Positions 25,077 through 33,309 of a stretch of 64,000 nt of DNA are shown here, in pieces. Location: NCBI GenBank assembly GCA_964550845.1, contig CAZKAD010000001.1, positions 21,342 through 85,341 on the forward strand. The letters run 5' to 3'. This stretch comes from an uncultured Gammaproteobacteria bacterium. GTDB taxonomy: Bacteria > Patescibacteriota > Patescibacteriia > Magasanikbacterales > UBA922. Each line of letters starts with the position of its first letter. The first letter of the stretch is position 1. The notes beneath the pieces were generated by a model, which did not search any database, was not told the DNA's origin, and saw only the letters and a list, made by a program, of their open reading frames with translations. Both the position numbers and the translations under genes were made by a program.

Positions 25077-25547
25077 TTACATAAATTGGCGGAGATTCTT
25101 CTTTGCAATTTGATCTTCAATATTGACTCGAATATCATCATCGGGAGGAACAAAGTTCGGCGGTTTGTTCCATTTACCTCGTTCATCTTGGAATCCACCT
25201 GGACCGAACTTTGTCATATTGGCTTGATGAACTAGATCCCAAATTGGTTGAGGATTAATTCCAGTGTTACTCAAATGTTGAGCTGCGTAATAAATAATAT
25301 CAATGAGAGCATCAACTTCCTCAGTCAAATCTTTTGCCTCGGCAAGTTCTTGCAATTCATCTTGAATCATCTGTGTAATAAACTTTCGATCAATGGTTGC
25401 ACATCCGGTTGGCTGATTGATACAATTGTTGCGAGTTTGTGTAAATTCGAGACAATCTTGGAAAATTGACTTTCTTTGAAGACGAATTTCTCGTCTCAAT
25501 TTTCGACGTTGATTTTTCGAGATATGCTTTGGAGGACGATAAGGCAT
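25077..25547 (-). CDS. all-alpha NTP pyrophosphohydrolase (MazG-like)
   Basis: IQDELQELAEA...EEVDALIDIIYYA...VHQANMTKF...ERGKWNKPPNFVPPD. Confidence 0.65.
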   Translation of the reverse strand: MPYRPPKHISKNQRRKLRREIRLQRKSIFQDCLEFTQTRNNCINQPTGCATIDRKFITQMIQDELQELAEAKDLTEEVDALIDIIYYAAQHLSNTGINPQPIWDLVHQANMTKFGPGGFQDERGKWNKPPNFVPPDDDIRVNIEDQIAKKNLRQFM

Positions 25548-25585
25548 TATTCGGCAGGTTTCTTTCTAATCAAAAATTGTTCAAA

Positions 25586-25593
25586 TCAATTTT
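25586..25593 (-). promoter_or_regulatory. AAAATTGA promoter-like octamer (minus strand)
   Basis: 39 nt upstream of minus-strand ATG 25547. Confidence 0.6.
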
Positions 25594-25604
25594 TATGTCT
25601 GCGA

Positions 25605-25612
25605 AAAATTGA
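25605..25612 (+). promoter_or_regulatory. AAAATTGA promoter-like octamer
   Basis: 50 nt upstream of ATG 25662. Divergent partner of 25586..25593. Confidence 0.65.
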
Positions 25613-25661
25613 TTTGGAAAGTCGGCGTCCATTTAACAAGATTCTTTCTTTGGAAAGGAAA

Positions 25662-27386
25662 ATGGACTACAAATCGGACGACCAGATCGAACTCGATAAA
25701 ATCATTGCTGATTGGAAAAGATTCCTTGAGAATGGAAAGATTCGCCCGACCTTAAATGAACTGGAAAATTTTCCCGATGGAATTGTGATTAGCAACCTTG
25801 TAAAACATGCTGGTGCCTACGGTGCGATTGGTATTTTTGAATTTTCAACTCGACCAAACATTCCATTTGTTTACAAAATTTCAACTGAACCAGGATTTAA
25901 TCTTCGCCATGAAATGGCCAATCTCGATATTCTTCGTGGATCACGAGAATGGTGTCCACATTTCTGTGAGAGTTATGGAATGGTCAATGTCAAAGTTGAT
26001 CCAGAAGGAGGATCTTTGTTCAAAGATAGCGACACTGCAATCAAGAGTGATGTTGCATTGATGGAATTTATCCCTGGTGATGCATTTAGTAAATCGATTG
26101 CGGATCTCTCTCATGATCAAATTGTTTCGGTACTTCAACAAACTCTGTTAGCAGTTGATATTATGCAAACAAAATTTCAAATGACGCATTACGATTTGCA
26201 TACTTCGAATGTAATGTTGATTTGTTGTCATCCCGATACTGTGTTCGTCTACAAATGGAAGGGTCGAACATTTGTAATTCCAACCAGAGGAGTTGTACCT
26301 GTGATTATTGATTTTGGTTTTGCTTATTCGAACTTGCTCGAAGGTCGATTTTATGGACTGATGTCGTTTACCAACGACGGATGTCTTGGTTGTCAGACTG
26401 ATGAAGGCTATGACGCTCGTGTCTTTCTAATTGACACTGTTGATGAGCTCGAAAGACTCGATAAATATCGAAGTCTTCAAACTCTGCTCCGAGATATTTA
26501 CCCGGCCAAGAGTTTTGATCCTCGAACTGGAGAAGAAATGCTCGATTTTGATCCAAAGTCTGGACGTGGTAATGATAAGTTTAATCCTGCCACCAAACGT
26601 GTCGAAGATTTGATTCTTGACATCGAAGAGGAGAAAAAGATTTCCAACTTTCTAGTTGATTTTGTTGAAGCGGACAGTGATTCTGGTAATTCAAGTGATT
26701 CAGAATCGAAGAGTCGTTCTCGATCAAGAAGTCGTTCTTCGCGAAGTTCTGAAAGTTCCGATCGGGACGTTTACTACAATTGTACTTATCTAGTTGAATT
26801 GATTCAAAGCCTTCAAGAATATCCACTCAAATTAACCGGCACACTCAAGACTCATTACAAAGATTTCCGTGCTGCTTACATTGCTTTTGCGAAACAATTT
26901 GTTCACTACGAAAAAACAGTCAAAACCAATTTCCTTCGGTTCCTCATTTTGCGTAATATTGTTGATGCTGCTCATCGAGCTTTGCAAGAAGAAAAAGGAG
27001 TGAATGAAACTTTCCGAAAAACATTCTTCATGCTCATGAATGAAAGTTGTAAGTTTTACACTCCTCCTTCGGAAGTCGATGTTGATATTTTATTGAAATC
27101 AATGGTTGATATGTCAAAGATTATTGTCAATGGAATTAGTCAAGATCTCAAAATGATTAATCGTAAACGAACAAATCGATATCGAATTCAAACCCTTGAA
27201 ATTTTTGATCGAGTTGAAACACGTGTCGACCAGAATTTCAATGTTGAAGGTCCAATTTACATTTGGGATATCGATCAAAAGAAAAAGTCTTCTTTTCAAC
27301 TCACCAATGAACAGCTTATCGAGATAAAGAAAATGAAAAGAAAGAGTGCAGGTCTGATTCGAATTCTTGAAAAACATGCCAGTTAA
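25662..27386 (+). CDS. protein-kinase-like fold protein with Ser/Arg-rich acidic insert
   Basis: MTHYDLHTSNVML, VIIDFGFAY. Insert DSDSGNSSDSESKSRSRSRSRSSRSSESSD. Start at ATG 25662, 50 nt after AAAATTGA. Confidence 0.7.
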   Translation: MDYKSDDQIELDKIIADWKRFLENGKIRPTLNELENFPDGIVISNLVKHAGAYGAIGIFEFSTRPNIPFVYKISTEPGFNLRHEMANLDILRGSREWCPHFCESYGMVNVKVDPEGGSLFKDSDTAIKSDVALMEFIPGDAFSKSIADLSHDQIVSVLQQTLLAVDIMQTKFQMTHYDLHTSNVMLICCHPDTVFVYKWKGRTFVIPTRGVVPVIIDFGFAYSNLLEGRFYGLMSFTNDGCLGCQTDEGYDARVFLIDTVDELERLDKYRSLQTLLRDIYPAKSFDPRTGEEMLDFDPKSGRGNDKFNPATKRVEDLILDIEEEKKISNFLVDFVEADSDSGNSSDSESKSRSRSRSRSSRSSESSDRDVYYNCTYLVELIQSLQEYPLKLTGTLKTHYKDFRAAYIAFAKQFVHYEKTVKTNFLRFLILRNIVDAAHRALQEEKGVNETFRKTFFMLMNESCKFYTPPSEVDVDILLKSMVDMSKIIVNGISQDLKMINRKRTNRYRIQTLEIFDRVETRVDQNFNVEGPIYIWDIDQKKKSSFQLTNEQLIEIKKMKRKSAGLIRILEKHAS

Positions 27387-27588
27387 ATTGGCTCCATTAC
27401 AAGAAATGTTATTGTATTATGTGCCTCAAAAAATTGCATGGGTAGTCAATCAGAAATCGCAAAATTTCACATCTTGACTGCTTAAAGTGCCTACTGTCTA
27501 GGTTCAATTAAGCATATGTTTTTGAATTTTCTATGGAAAATTCAATCGATTTCCCTTCGATTTTCCTCATTTCCGTCAAAAAATTTCA

Positions 27589-27861
27589 TCAAAGAGTCAT
27601 CCATTTAATAAGTAACCATCGTGGCTTTTCGGGAGGCCATTCTTGATAGTCAAAGTAGAGAGATGGAATATGAGATGTCACTACATAAAGCTCTTTCCGA
27701 GTATAAATATCCTTTGCATTCAAATACCATTTTACTCCATCATCAAATTGCACCGCAAAATCTTCCATCACAATACAAGCATTCCATCTTAAATTTAAGC
27801 GGAAATAATTGTAGGTCATCTTGAATAAAACAATCCATCCGCAAACAGCTTGATAGATCAT
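27589..27861 (-). CDS. hypothetical protein (90 aa)
   Basis: ORF only. Confidence 0.35.
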   Translation of the reverse strand: MIYQAVCGWIVLFKMTYNYFRLNLRWNACIVMEDFAVQFDDGVKWYLNAKDIYTRKELYVVTSHIPSLYFDYQEWPPEKPRWLLIKWMTL

Positions 27862-27906
27862 AGATCATAAAGATTACTTTTTCTAAGTAATCTTTTTTTA
27901 ATTTCA

Positions 27907-28128
27907 TTACAATGAACTGAATGGGTATGGGAGACGAGTATTATTCCAAAATCCGTTGGGATCGAGAGAACCTCTCGATTTTCGGGGAGTATATACCGTT
28001 CTACTTACATTATTGTAATTTTGTTTTCGATGAACTCCAGCTTTCATCATCACTGATCTCATCATCAATCCAAGTAACACTACCGAAAGCAAAATTATTG
28101 CAATTGCGACAAGCCAACCCGGATCCAT
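27907..28128 (-). CDS. small N-terminally anchored membrane protein
   Basis: WLVAIAIILLSVVLLGLMM. Confidence 0.45.
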   Translation of the reverse strand: MDPGWLVAIAIILLSVVLLGLMMRSVMMKAGVHRKQNYNNVSRTVYTPRKSRGSLDPNGFWNNTRLPYPFSSL

Positions 28129-28175
28129 TGCGGTTTCTAAAAGGAAGAAAAAATTATTACAAATCGATGAACATT

Positions 28176-28841
28176 TTATCGCGGAATTAATGTATAAGTC
28201 AAAAGGAAAATTCTTGCTGCAAGTTGGTTATAAGTATGCGCATCAATTTGTGGAACAGAACCTATCTCTGTGTGTGATGGATCGGACAATCCTTGAACAA
28301 CAGTATTTACTGGCTGTTTAGTTCGAAGAGTTGTATGCAATGGAAAGTACCCAGTTCCAAGTTTAAGGAAAATTCGTTGGGTATCATTCGGTCCAAGGTA
28401 TTGATAGAGATCTCCTTCAATTACAGATTGATCAAGATCAATTGCAGAAAACATTCCAATTCGAATCAGCATAGCAGGTCCGTATCCATCAACTAAATGA
28501 TTAGCTGAAACGTATCTGTACATTGTGGTTGATCTTCCTGCAACTGGTTGAACACTGTTATTTAGGTACACCACTTCTTGGTTATTATATTTCTCAGAGC
28601 GATTTGATATTGTTCCATCGCTGTAGACAACTAAAATTGGCCATTCTCCATCAGTCGGCTGAGAGTTGAATGCGGCTTTGAGTGTATACACATCTTCAGC
28701 GAGAAGATATCCAACAATTTGCTTCTTTGCTACTTGATTTGATCCTTTTGCTCTTAATTTTGGGCTGTTGATTACTCCATATACAATTGCAAGGAGGAGT
28801 AACAAAATTGCAAGAAAGACAATTCCAATTTTGAGCGGCAT
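28176..28841 (-). CDS. N-terminally anchored membrane protein
   Basis: IGIVFLAILLLLLAIVYGV, then about 190 aa. Confidence 0.65.
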   Translation of the reverse strand: MPLKIGIVFLAILLLLLAIVYGVINSPKLRAKGSNQVAKKQIVGYLLAEDVYTLKAAFNSQPTDGEWPILVVYSDGTISNRSEKYNNQEVVYLNNSVQPVAGRSTTMYRYVSANHLVDGYGPAMLIRIGMFSAIDLDQSVIEGDLYQYLGPNDTQRIFLKLGTGYFPLHTTLRTKQPVNTVVQGLSDPSHTEIGSVPQIDAHTYNQLAARIFLLTYTLIPR

Positions 28842-28872
28842 TTTATGGATTAAAGAAAATTAAAATTGGAAA

Positions 28873-29415
28873 TTACATCATCAAATATTGGAAATCAGAA
28901 TCGCGAGTCACACTAAAAGCACCTAGACTCTCTTTACCAGGAATAACAAATGTATCTCCATCTCGAAGTTTTTTGCCATATTGAGCAGGAAGATTAATAA
29001 TGATATCCTTATAAGTATCAACTACCCGGTATTCGAATGATTCATCGGTGAAAGGAGGTACATAACGTTGCTCAAGTGAGTAAACGGTATCATCACTGGT
29101 CGAAACTGAGCTTAAAATACCGACGCGTTCCCAGTTTCGAGACAAGTTTCTCGGTGCTGCCCCATAAAAACGAAGAGGTCCTTCAAGGCCCTTGGTGATT
29201 GGAATCGCATGAACATTTGCTCCAGTCAAGATTTCTCCCATCGGAGGTTGCTCAAAAGTTTGATAATATGGCGGTGAGGTGTATTGAGATCTTCGAGGAG
29301 GGCGAGGCGCCGATGTGTCGAGATTGTGAGCAATTTGCAATCCTTTTGTATAGAGGTAGATAAAAGTGAATGCAACAATAGTCATCAATCCGGCGATGAT
29401 AGCGAGTAAGATCAT
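28873..29415 (-). CDS. N-terminally anchored membrane protein
   Basis: MILLAIIAGLMTIVAFTFIYLY, then a Pro-rich linker. Confidence 0.65.
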   Translation of the reverse strand: MILLAIIAGLMTIVAFTFIYLYTKGLQIAHNLDTSAPRPPRRSQYTSPPYYQTFEQPPMGEILTGANVHAIPITKGLEGPLRFYGAAPRNLSRNWERVGILSSVSTSDDTVYSLEQRYVPPFTDESFEYRVVDTYKDIIINLPAQYGKKLRDGDTFVIPGKESLGAFSVTRDSDFQYLMM

Positions 29416-29446
29416 TTCTTTTCCTTTGTTCAGAAAAAGAAAAAGA

Positions 29447-29454
29447 AAAATTGA
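29447..29454 (+). promoter_or_regulatory. AAAATTGA promoter-like octamer
   Basis: 33 nt upstream of the FEN1 ATG. Confidence 0.65.
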
Positions 29455-29486
29455 TTTCTTTGAAATTGCTCAATTAGAGATCAAAC

Positions 29487-30521
29487 ATGGGTGTTGACGG
29501 ATTGTTTGATTTTTTCCGGAAGAAATATCCAGATGTGTTTCGGACAGTTTATTTCCACCAATTTCGAGGAAAGAGTTTTGCCATCGATGTTTCGGGCTTA
29601 ATTTGGAAGTTCAAAGTGACAAATCCAAGTAATTGGCTAACAACATTTGCCAATTTTATTTTTGCACTTCGTCGAAATCAAATCCATCCGATCTTTGTTT
29701 TTGATGGTAAACCTCCGGCTGAAAAAGAAACTGAACGCGCTTCAAGAGAACAACAGAGAATTCAATTGAAAGAAAAAACAGCTCAACTTCGTGAAGATCT
29801 CGATAAATATTATGCTGAAGGTGAAGCTTCACAGCTCTTGCTTGAAAAATCCCTCGAACTCCGACCAAATACTCTTGCCAATGTTGTACATGCTCCATTG
29901 CTTGAACAAAAATATCACAAGATGAATGCTCAGATTAATAATTTCACTGATGAAGATAAACAAAAGTTACTGACATTATTTAATCTTTCTGGTGTAAGAG
30001 TACTTAAAGCTCCATCTGAAGCTGAGACTTTGTGTGCTTCTTTGTATCACGAAGGTAAAGTCGCAGCGGTTGTAAGCGGCGATTCTGATGTTTGTGTTTA
30101 TCAAGTCGGAACTTTTCTTTACGACATCAGCCATTTTTCCGAAACCGCCACCGAAGTTGATTTTCAAAGGATTCTTCGTCTAACTGGATTAACTGCCGCT
30201 CAATTTGTTGATTTTTGTATTATGTGCAAGGTTGATTACAATTCACGTATACCTGGCATAGGTCCTGTTAAAGCATTTGCTTTGGTTAAAGAACATGGAT
30301 CAATTGAAGCTATTGGAGCTCTTGGTACTTATGATATCACTGTGTTGAACCATATTAAAGCAAGAGAAATCTTCAATACTCGACAATCGGTAATGACTGA
30401 AGTAATCTGCGGTCCGCCGAATAAAATCGAACTGTACAATTTTCTTATTATGAACAATTCTCGAATTCAATATGAGGCAATTGAAGAGGCATACGCACCT
30501 CCAAAAATCGTATTTGAATGA
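29487..30521 (+). CDS. FEN1: FEN1/XPG-family flap endonuclease
   Basis: MGVDGLFDF, FVFDGKPPAEK, EAETLCASL...VVSGDSDVCVY, H3TH GIGPVKAFALV. Confidence 0.9.
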   Translation: MGVDGLFDFFRKKYPDVFRTVYFHQFRGKSFAIDVSGLIWKFKVTNPSNWLTTFANFIFALRRNQIHPIFVFDGKPPAEKETERASREQQRIQLKEKTAQLREDLDKYYAEGEASQLLLEKSLELRPNTLANVVHAPLLEQKYHKMNAQINNFTDEDKQKLLTLFNLSGVRVLKAPSEAETLCASLYHEGKVAAVVSGDSDVCVYQVGTFLYDISHFSETATEVDFQRILRLTGLTAAQFVDFCIMCKVDYNSRIPGIGPVKAFALVKEHGSIEAIGALGTYDITVLNHIKAREIFNTRQSVMTEVICGPPNKIELYNFLIMNNSRIQYEAIEEAYAPPKIVFE

Positions 30522-30600
30522 TTTGAATTTCTTCGGAAGTTCAAAAAATTGATTTTTACAATTAATCAAATTGACAGAAAACAATAACTCCTTTTTCGAG

Positions 30601-30608
30601 AAAATTGA
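30601..30608 (+). promoter_or_regulatory. AAAATTGA promoter-like octamer
   Basis: 42 nt upstream of ATG 30650. A second copy lies at 30545..30552. Confidence 0.6.
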
Positions 30609-30649
30609 TTAATCTATCATCAATTAATTGTTAAAATCAACTCATTGCA

Positions 30650-31519
30650 ATGTCAGTCAATACTCCTCAACTCGGAATGCCTCAACTCGGAATGCCCGGA
30701 ATGCCTCAACTCGGAATGCCTCAACTCGGCGTTCCAGCTGGTCTCCCACAACAAATGCCCGCTCAAGTTCAAGGAGATTTCGCTGAAAGTCTGAGTAAGA
30801 CTTTGAGCAAGACGATTCTTGATCAAGCAACTGCACGTATTCGAGACCAGCTCACCTCTTTTGCAAACATTGTTTGCTCTTTTCCAGAGGCGACTGCAAA
30901 GGGAATCACAGCTCAGTACATCCTCGATTTGTGGAACTCAGTTGCTCCCGAATTGGCTATTTCTACGACCGCTCCAGTTCAAGCTGTGGCAGGAGTTACT
31001 TGTGCTGCAAAATTGCTCAAGGGAAAGAATGCCAATGAGACCTGTAAAAACAAGCCAACCGCCGGTTCTGCTTATTGCTCTCGGCATAAGAATCATGCTG
31101 TACCTCCAATGGTTGGCGCACCTCCTCAAGGTGTTCCTGGAGTTGTTCAAGGCGTTCCTGGAATGCCTCCTCAAGGAATGCCCGGAATGATGCCTCAAGG
31201 AATTGTTCAATTGAATGTTCCTGCCGCTCATGTCGCTCCTGTTGCTCCGCAAGCCGCGGCCCCTCAAACCTGTCAAGTAACTCTAAAGAGTGGTGCTCGC
31301 AAAGATCAACAATGTGGAGGAAAACTCGTTGCCGGAGGTACCACTTGTAGCAGACATGCTCCAAAGTCCGCGGCTCCAGTTGTACCTCAGCTTGGAATGC
31401 CTGCAGCGCAACCCATTGGAGTTCCAGCGGCTAATTTGCCTCAATATGGAATTCCTCAACCAATCGCAATGCCATCTGGAATTCCCATGCTGGCAATGCC
31501 TCCGCCCCCTCATCAATAA
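30650..31519 (+). CDS. Pro/Gln/Met/Gly-rich protein with two C-x13-C-x10-C-x2-H motifs
   Basis: PQLGMP repeats. CAAKLLKGKNANETCKNKPTAGSAYCSRH and CQVTLKSGARKDQQCGGKLVAGGTTCSRH. Confidence 0.7.
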   Translation: MSVNTPQLGMPQLGMPGMPQLGMPQLGVPAGLPQQMPAQVQGDFAESLSKTLSKTILDQATARIRDQLTSFANIVCSFPEATAKGITAQYILDLWNSVAPELAISTTAPVQAVAGVTCAAKLLKGKNANETCKNKPTAGSAYCSRHKNHAVPPMVGAPPQGVPGVVQGVPGMPPQGMPGMMPQGIVQLNVPAAHVAPVAPQAAAPQTCQVTLKSGARKDQQCGGKLVAGGTTCSRHAPKSAAPVVPQLGMPAAQPIGVPAANLPQYGIPQPIAMPSGIPMLAMPPPPHQ

Positions 31520-31628
31520 AGAATGATAACTTTTCGAAGTTTGATTAACTTTTCATTACGGATTATTTATGTTTTACATCTTTTGAAAGATGTAAATAAT
31601 AAGTTTCTTACCTCTTATCTCTTAACTC

Positions 31629-32033
31629 TTAAAATTCAGGAATCGATTTCGGTTTGGACAATTCGGATGGCCAGATCCACAGGCCTGAATTTTCTTTGTC
31701 AACATAAGTATTCCATCCTTTTGTCTTCAATTCTTGTTCGGCTACTTTAACCAAACCAACAAATTCTTCGACACGAATATCTCTCTTCTTTCGAAAGTCG
31801 GCCAATGAAAATGGATCTTCGAATGGAAGCATAACCGAATTTGATAGTTCGATTGTCGACAGATTGATCGGTTTATCGGCAAATTTTTCCTCTTTGGTGG
31901 CTGTCTTCGCTTGACGAACCTTTAAGAAATGTTCATAAATCGCTTCTCGAAGATATTGTTGATTTCGATTCAAATCGGTTGTCGCGAAAGTTTTCCAATT
32001 CGCGGGAATAAATGTTGCTGGAAATTCTTTCAT
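31629..32033 (-). CDS. hypothetical protein
   Basis: 134-aa ORF. Confidence 0.6.
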   Translation of the reverse strand: MKEFPATFIPANWKTFATTDLNRNQQYLREAIYEHFLKVRQAKTATKEEKFADKPINLSTIELSNSVMLPFEDPFSLADFRKKRDIRVEEFVGLVKVAEQELKTKGWNTYVDKENSGLWIWPSELSKPKSIPEF

Positions 32034-32061
32034 TTTGTATGACGAAAGAGCGTTTAATTGA

Positions 32062-32165
32062 ATTACTTCGTCTTCCGAGAAACATTTTGGCGTTTCTCGG
32101 ATTACTTCGTCTTCCGAGAAACATTTTGGCGTTTCTCGGATTATATCGTCTTCCGAGAAACATTT
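32062..32165. repeat. 39-bp tandem repeat, about 2.7 copies, each with a 9-bp-stem hairpin
   Basis: attacttcgtcttccgagaaacattttggcgtttctcgg, with stem ccgagaaac/gtttctcgg. Confidence 0.92.
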
Positions 32166-32214
32166 AAAATGAAATAAACCTTGGCAGATCTTTGAAAAAG
32201 AAAGTTCTATTTTA

Positions 32215-32222
32215 AAAATTGA
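32215..32222 (+). promoter_or_regulatory. AAAATTGA promoter-like octamer
   Basis: 36 nt upstream of ATG 32258. Confidence 0.65.
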
Positions 32223-32257
32223 ACTGAAAAGATTTCCAGCTTAGAAATATATGGCTC

Positions 32258-33235
32258 ATGAGTTCGAAGTTAACAAGGCAAGATCTGATTGAACGACTCA
32301 AAAATGTTGGTTATACTTCATTAAGCAGATTAAGAAAGGGAGAACTTGAACAGCTTTATCTGAAGATGCAAAAACAAGAGGAGAAGAAAGAAGAGAAAAA
32401 CGTGACGTTCCGAGAAACTGTAAGTATGAACATTATTACACAAAATATATCGACTCCCTCGAGTATATCAAATCATTCGACTTCCTCGAACATAACAACT
32501 CTTTCGGAACGTCCTTCGAATCCTTCAACACGCTTACCCACATCAGAACGTTTAACAACCAGACGAAATAAAAAGCCTGATCCAGTGTATTTTGAAGAAG
32601 AATTTGAGAAACTTCGAAATACAGAGATATCAAAATATACCAAAATTGTTCAGCTTGGGCAACCAGGAAAAGAAGGCACTACTTATTTAGTGATGGATCC
32701 AGTTCGTCCTGAAAAACGATATGCAATGAAATGTTTCCGGAGAACAAAATCAGAAAATCGCCTTGCCGAAGAGGCTCATTATCAATGGATTGTTTCAAAA
32801 GCTGGGTTAGCACCAAAAGTATATGAATTTAATCCGAGAGAAAAGTACATTTTAATGGAAGCTCTTGATCGAACACTCCTTAATATTCTTCATGAAAATC
32901 ATGGAAAATTTCCCGAATCACTTCAACAGAAAGTGATTGATTTGTACAAACAACTTGACGAAACTGGTGTAGCAGTCAATGATGGAAATCCAAGGAATAT
33001 TATGGAGAAAAATGGGAAACTTTATATGATTGATTATGGACTAGCTAAATTTTCGAATTCTTCTTCATTTCGCAAGTATCCAACACCAAATATGACGTTA
33101 CTTCCAAATGCCCTCTTTTTCTATATCAAAGAGAAGTTCGATACACGCGATTGGACATTACTTCGAAAATTGGTTCCAGCTGAAGCACTTCGAGAATACG
33201 ATCGATCATATTTACTCAAACATCAAAAGAGATAA
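32258..33235 (+). CDS. HeH/SAP-like motif plus atypical protein kinase
   Basis: N-terminus LTRQDLIERLKNVGYTSLSRLRKGELEQLYLKM. Kinase GKEGTTYLV, YAMKCF, NDGNPRNIM, MIDYGLAKF. Confidence 0.7.
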   Translation: MSSKLTRQDLIERLKNVGYTSLSRLRKGELEQLYLKMQKQEEKKEEKNVTFRETVSMNIITQNISTPSSISNHSTSSNITTLSERPSNPSTRLPTSERLTTRRNKKPDPVYFEEEFEKLRNTEISKYTKIVQLGQPGKEGTTYLVMDPVRPEKRYAMKCFRRTKSENRLAEEAHYQWIVSKAGLAPKVYEFNPREKYILMEALDRTLLNILHENHGKFPESLQQKVIDLYKQLDETGVAVNDGNPRNIMEKNGKLYMIDYGLAKFSNSSSFRKYPTPNMTLLPNALFFYIKEKFDTRDWTLLRKLVPAEALREYDRSYLLKHQKR

Positions 33236-33275
33236 AATTGATATTCGATGTTTGAGTAAAACATCAAAAGAGATA

Positions 33276-33283
33276 AAAATTGA
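33276..33283 (+). promoter_or_regulatory. AAAATTGA promoter-like octamer
   Basis: 27 nt upstream of ATG 33310. A duplicated copy lies at 33234..33241. Confidence 0.6.
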
Positions 33284-33309
33284 TCTCCCATTTTATTCTA
33301 CAATTCAAA

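Noticed and set aside
27387-27588. About 200-bp non-coding stretch containing ggttcaatt, examined as a possible tRNA
   Set aside because: No acceptor stem, D-arm or anticodon arm can be folded. The only pairing is tgcttaa/ttaagca around a 21-nt loop, so it was not called as an RNA gene.
30819-31526. Five overlapping ORFs (both strands, 77-123 aa) in the 30.8-31.5 kb region
   Set aside because: They are by-products of the locally GC-rich, stop-poor composition of the Pro/Gln-rich gene 30650..31519. Only that frame has a promoter octamer, Cys motifs and a clean start.
31523-31750. 75-aa plus-strand ORF after the Pro-rich gene
   Set aside because: It spans hairpin 31571..31598, overlaps the 3' end of minus-strand gene 31629..32033, and has an implausible translation.
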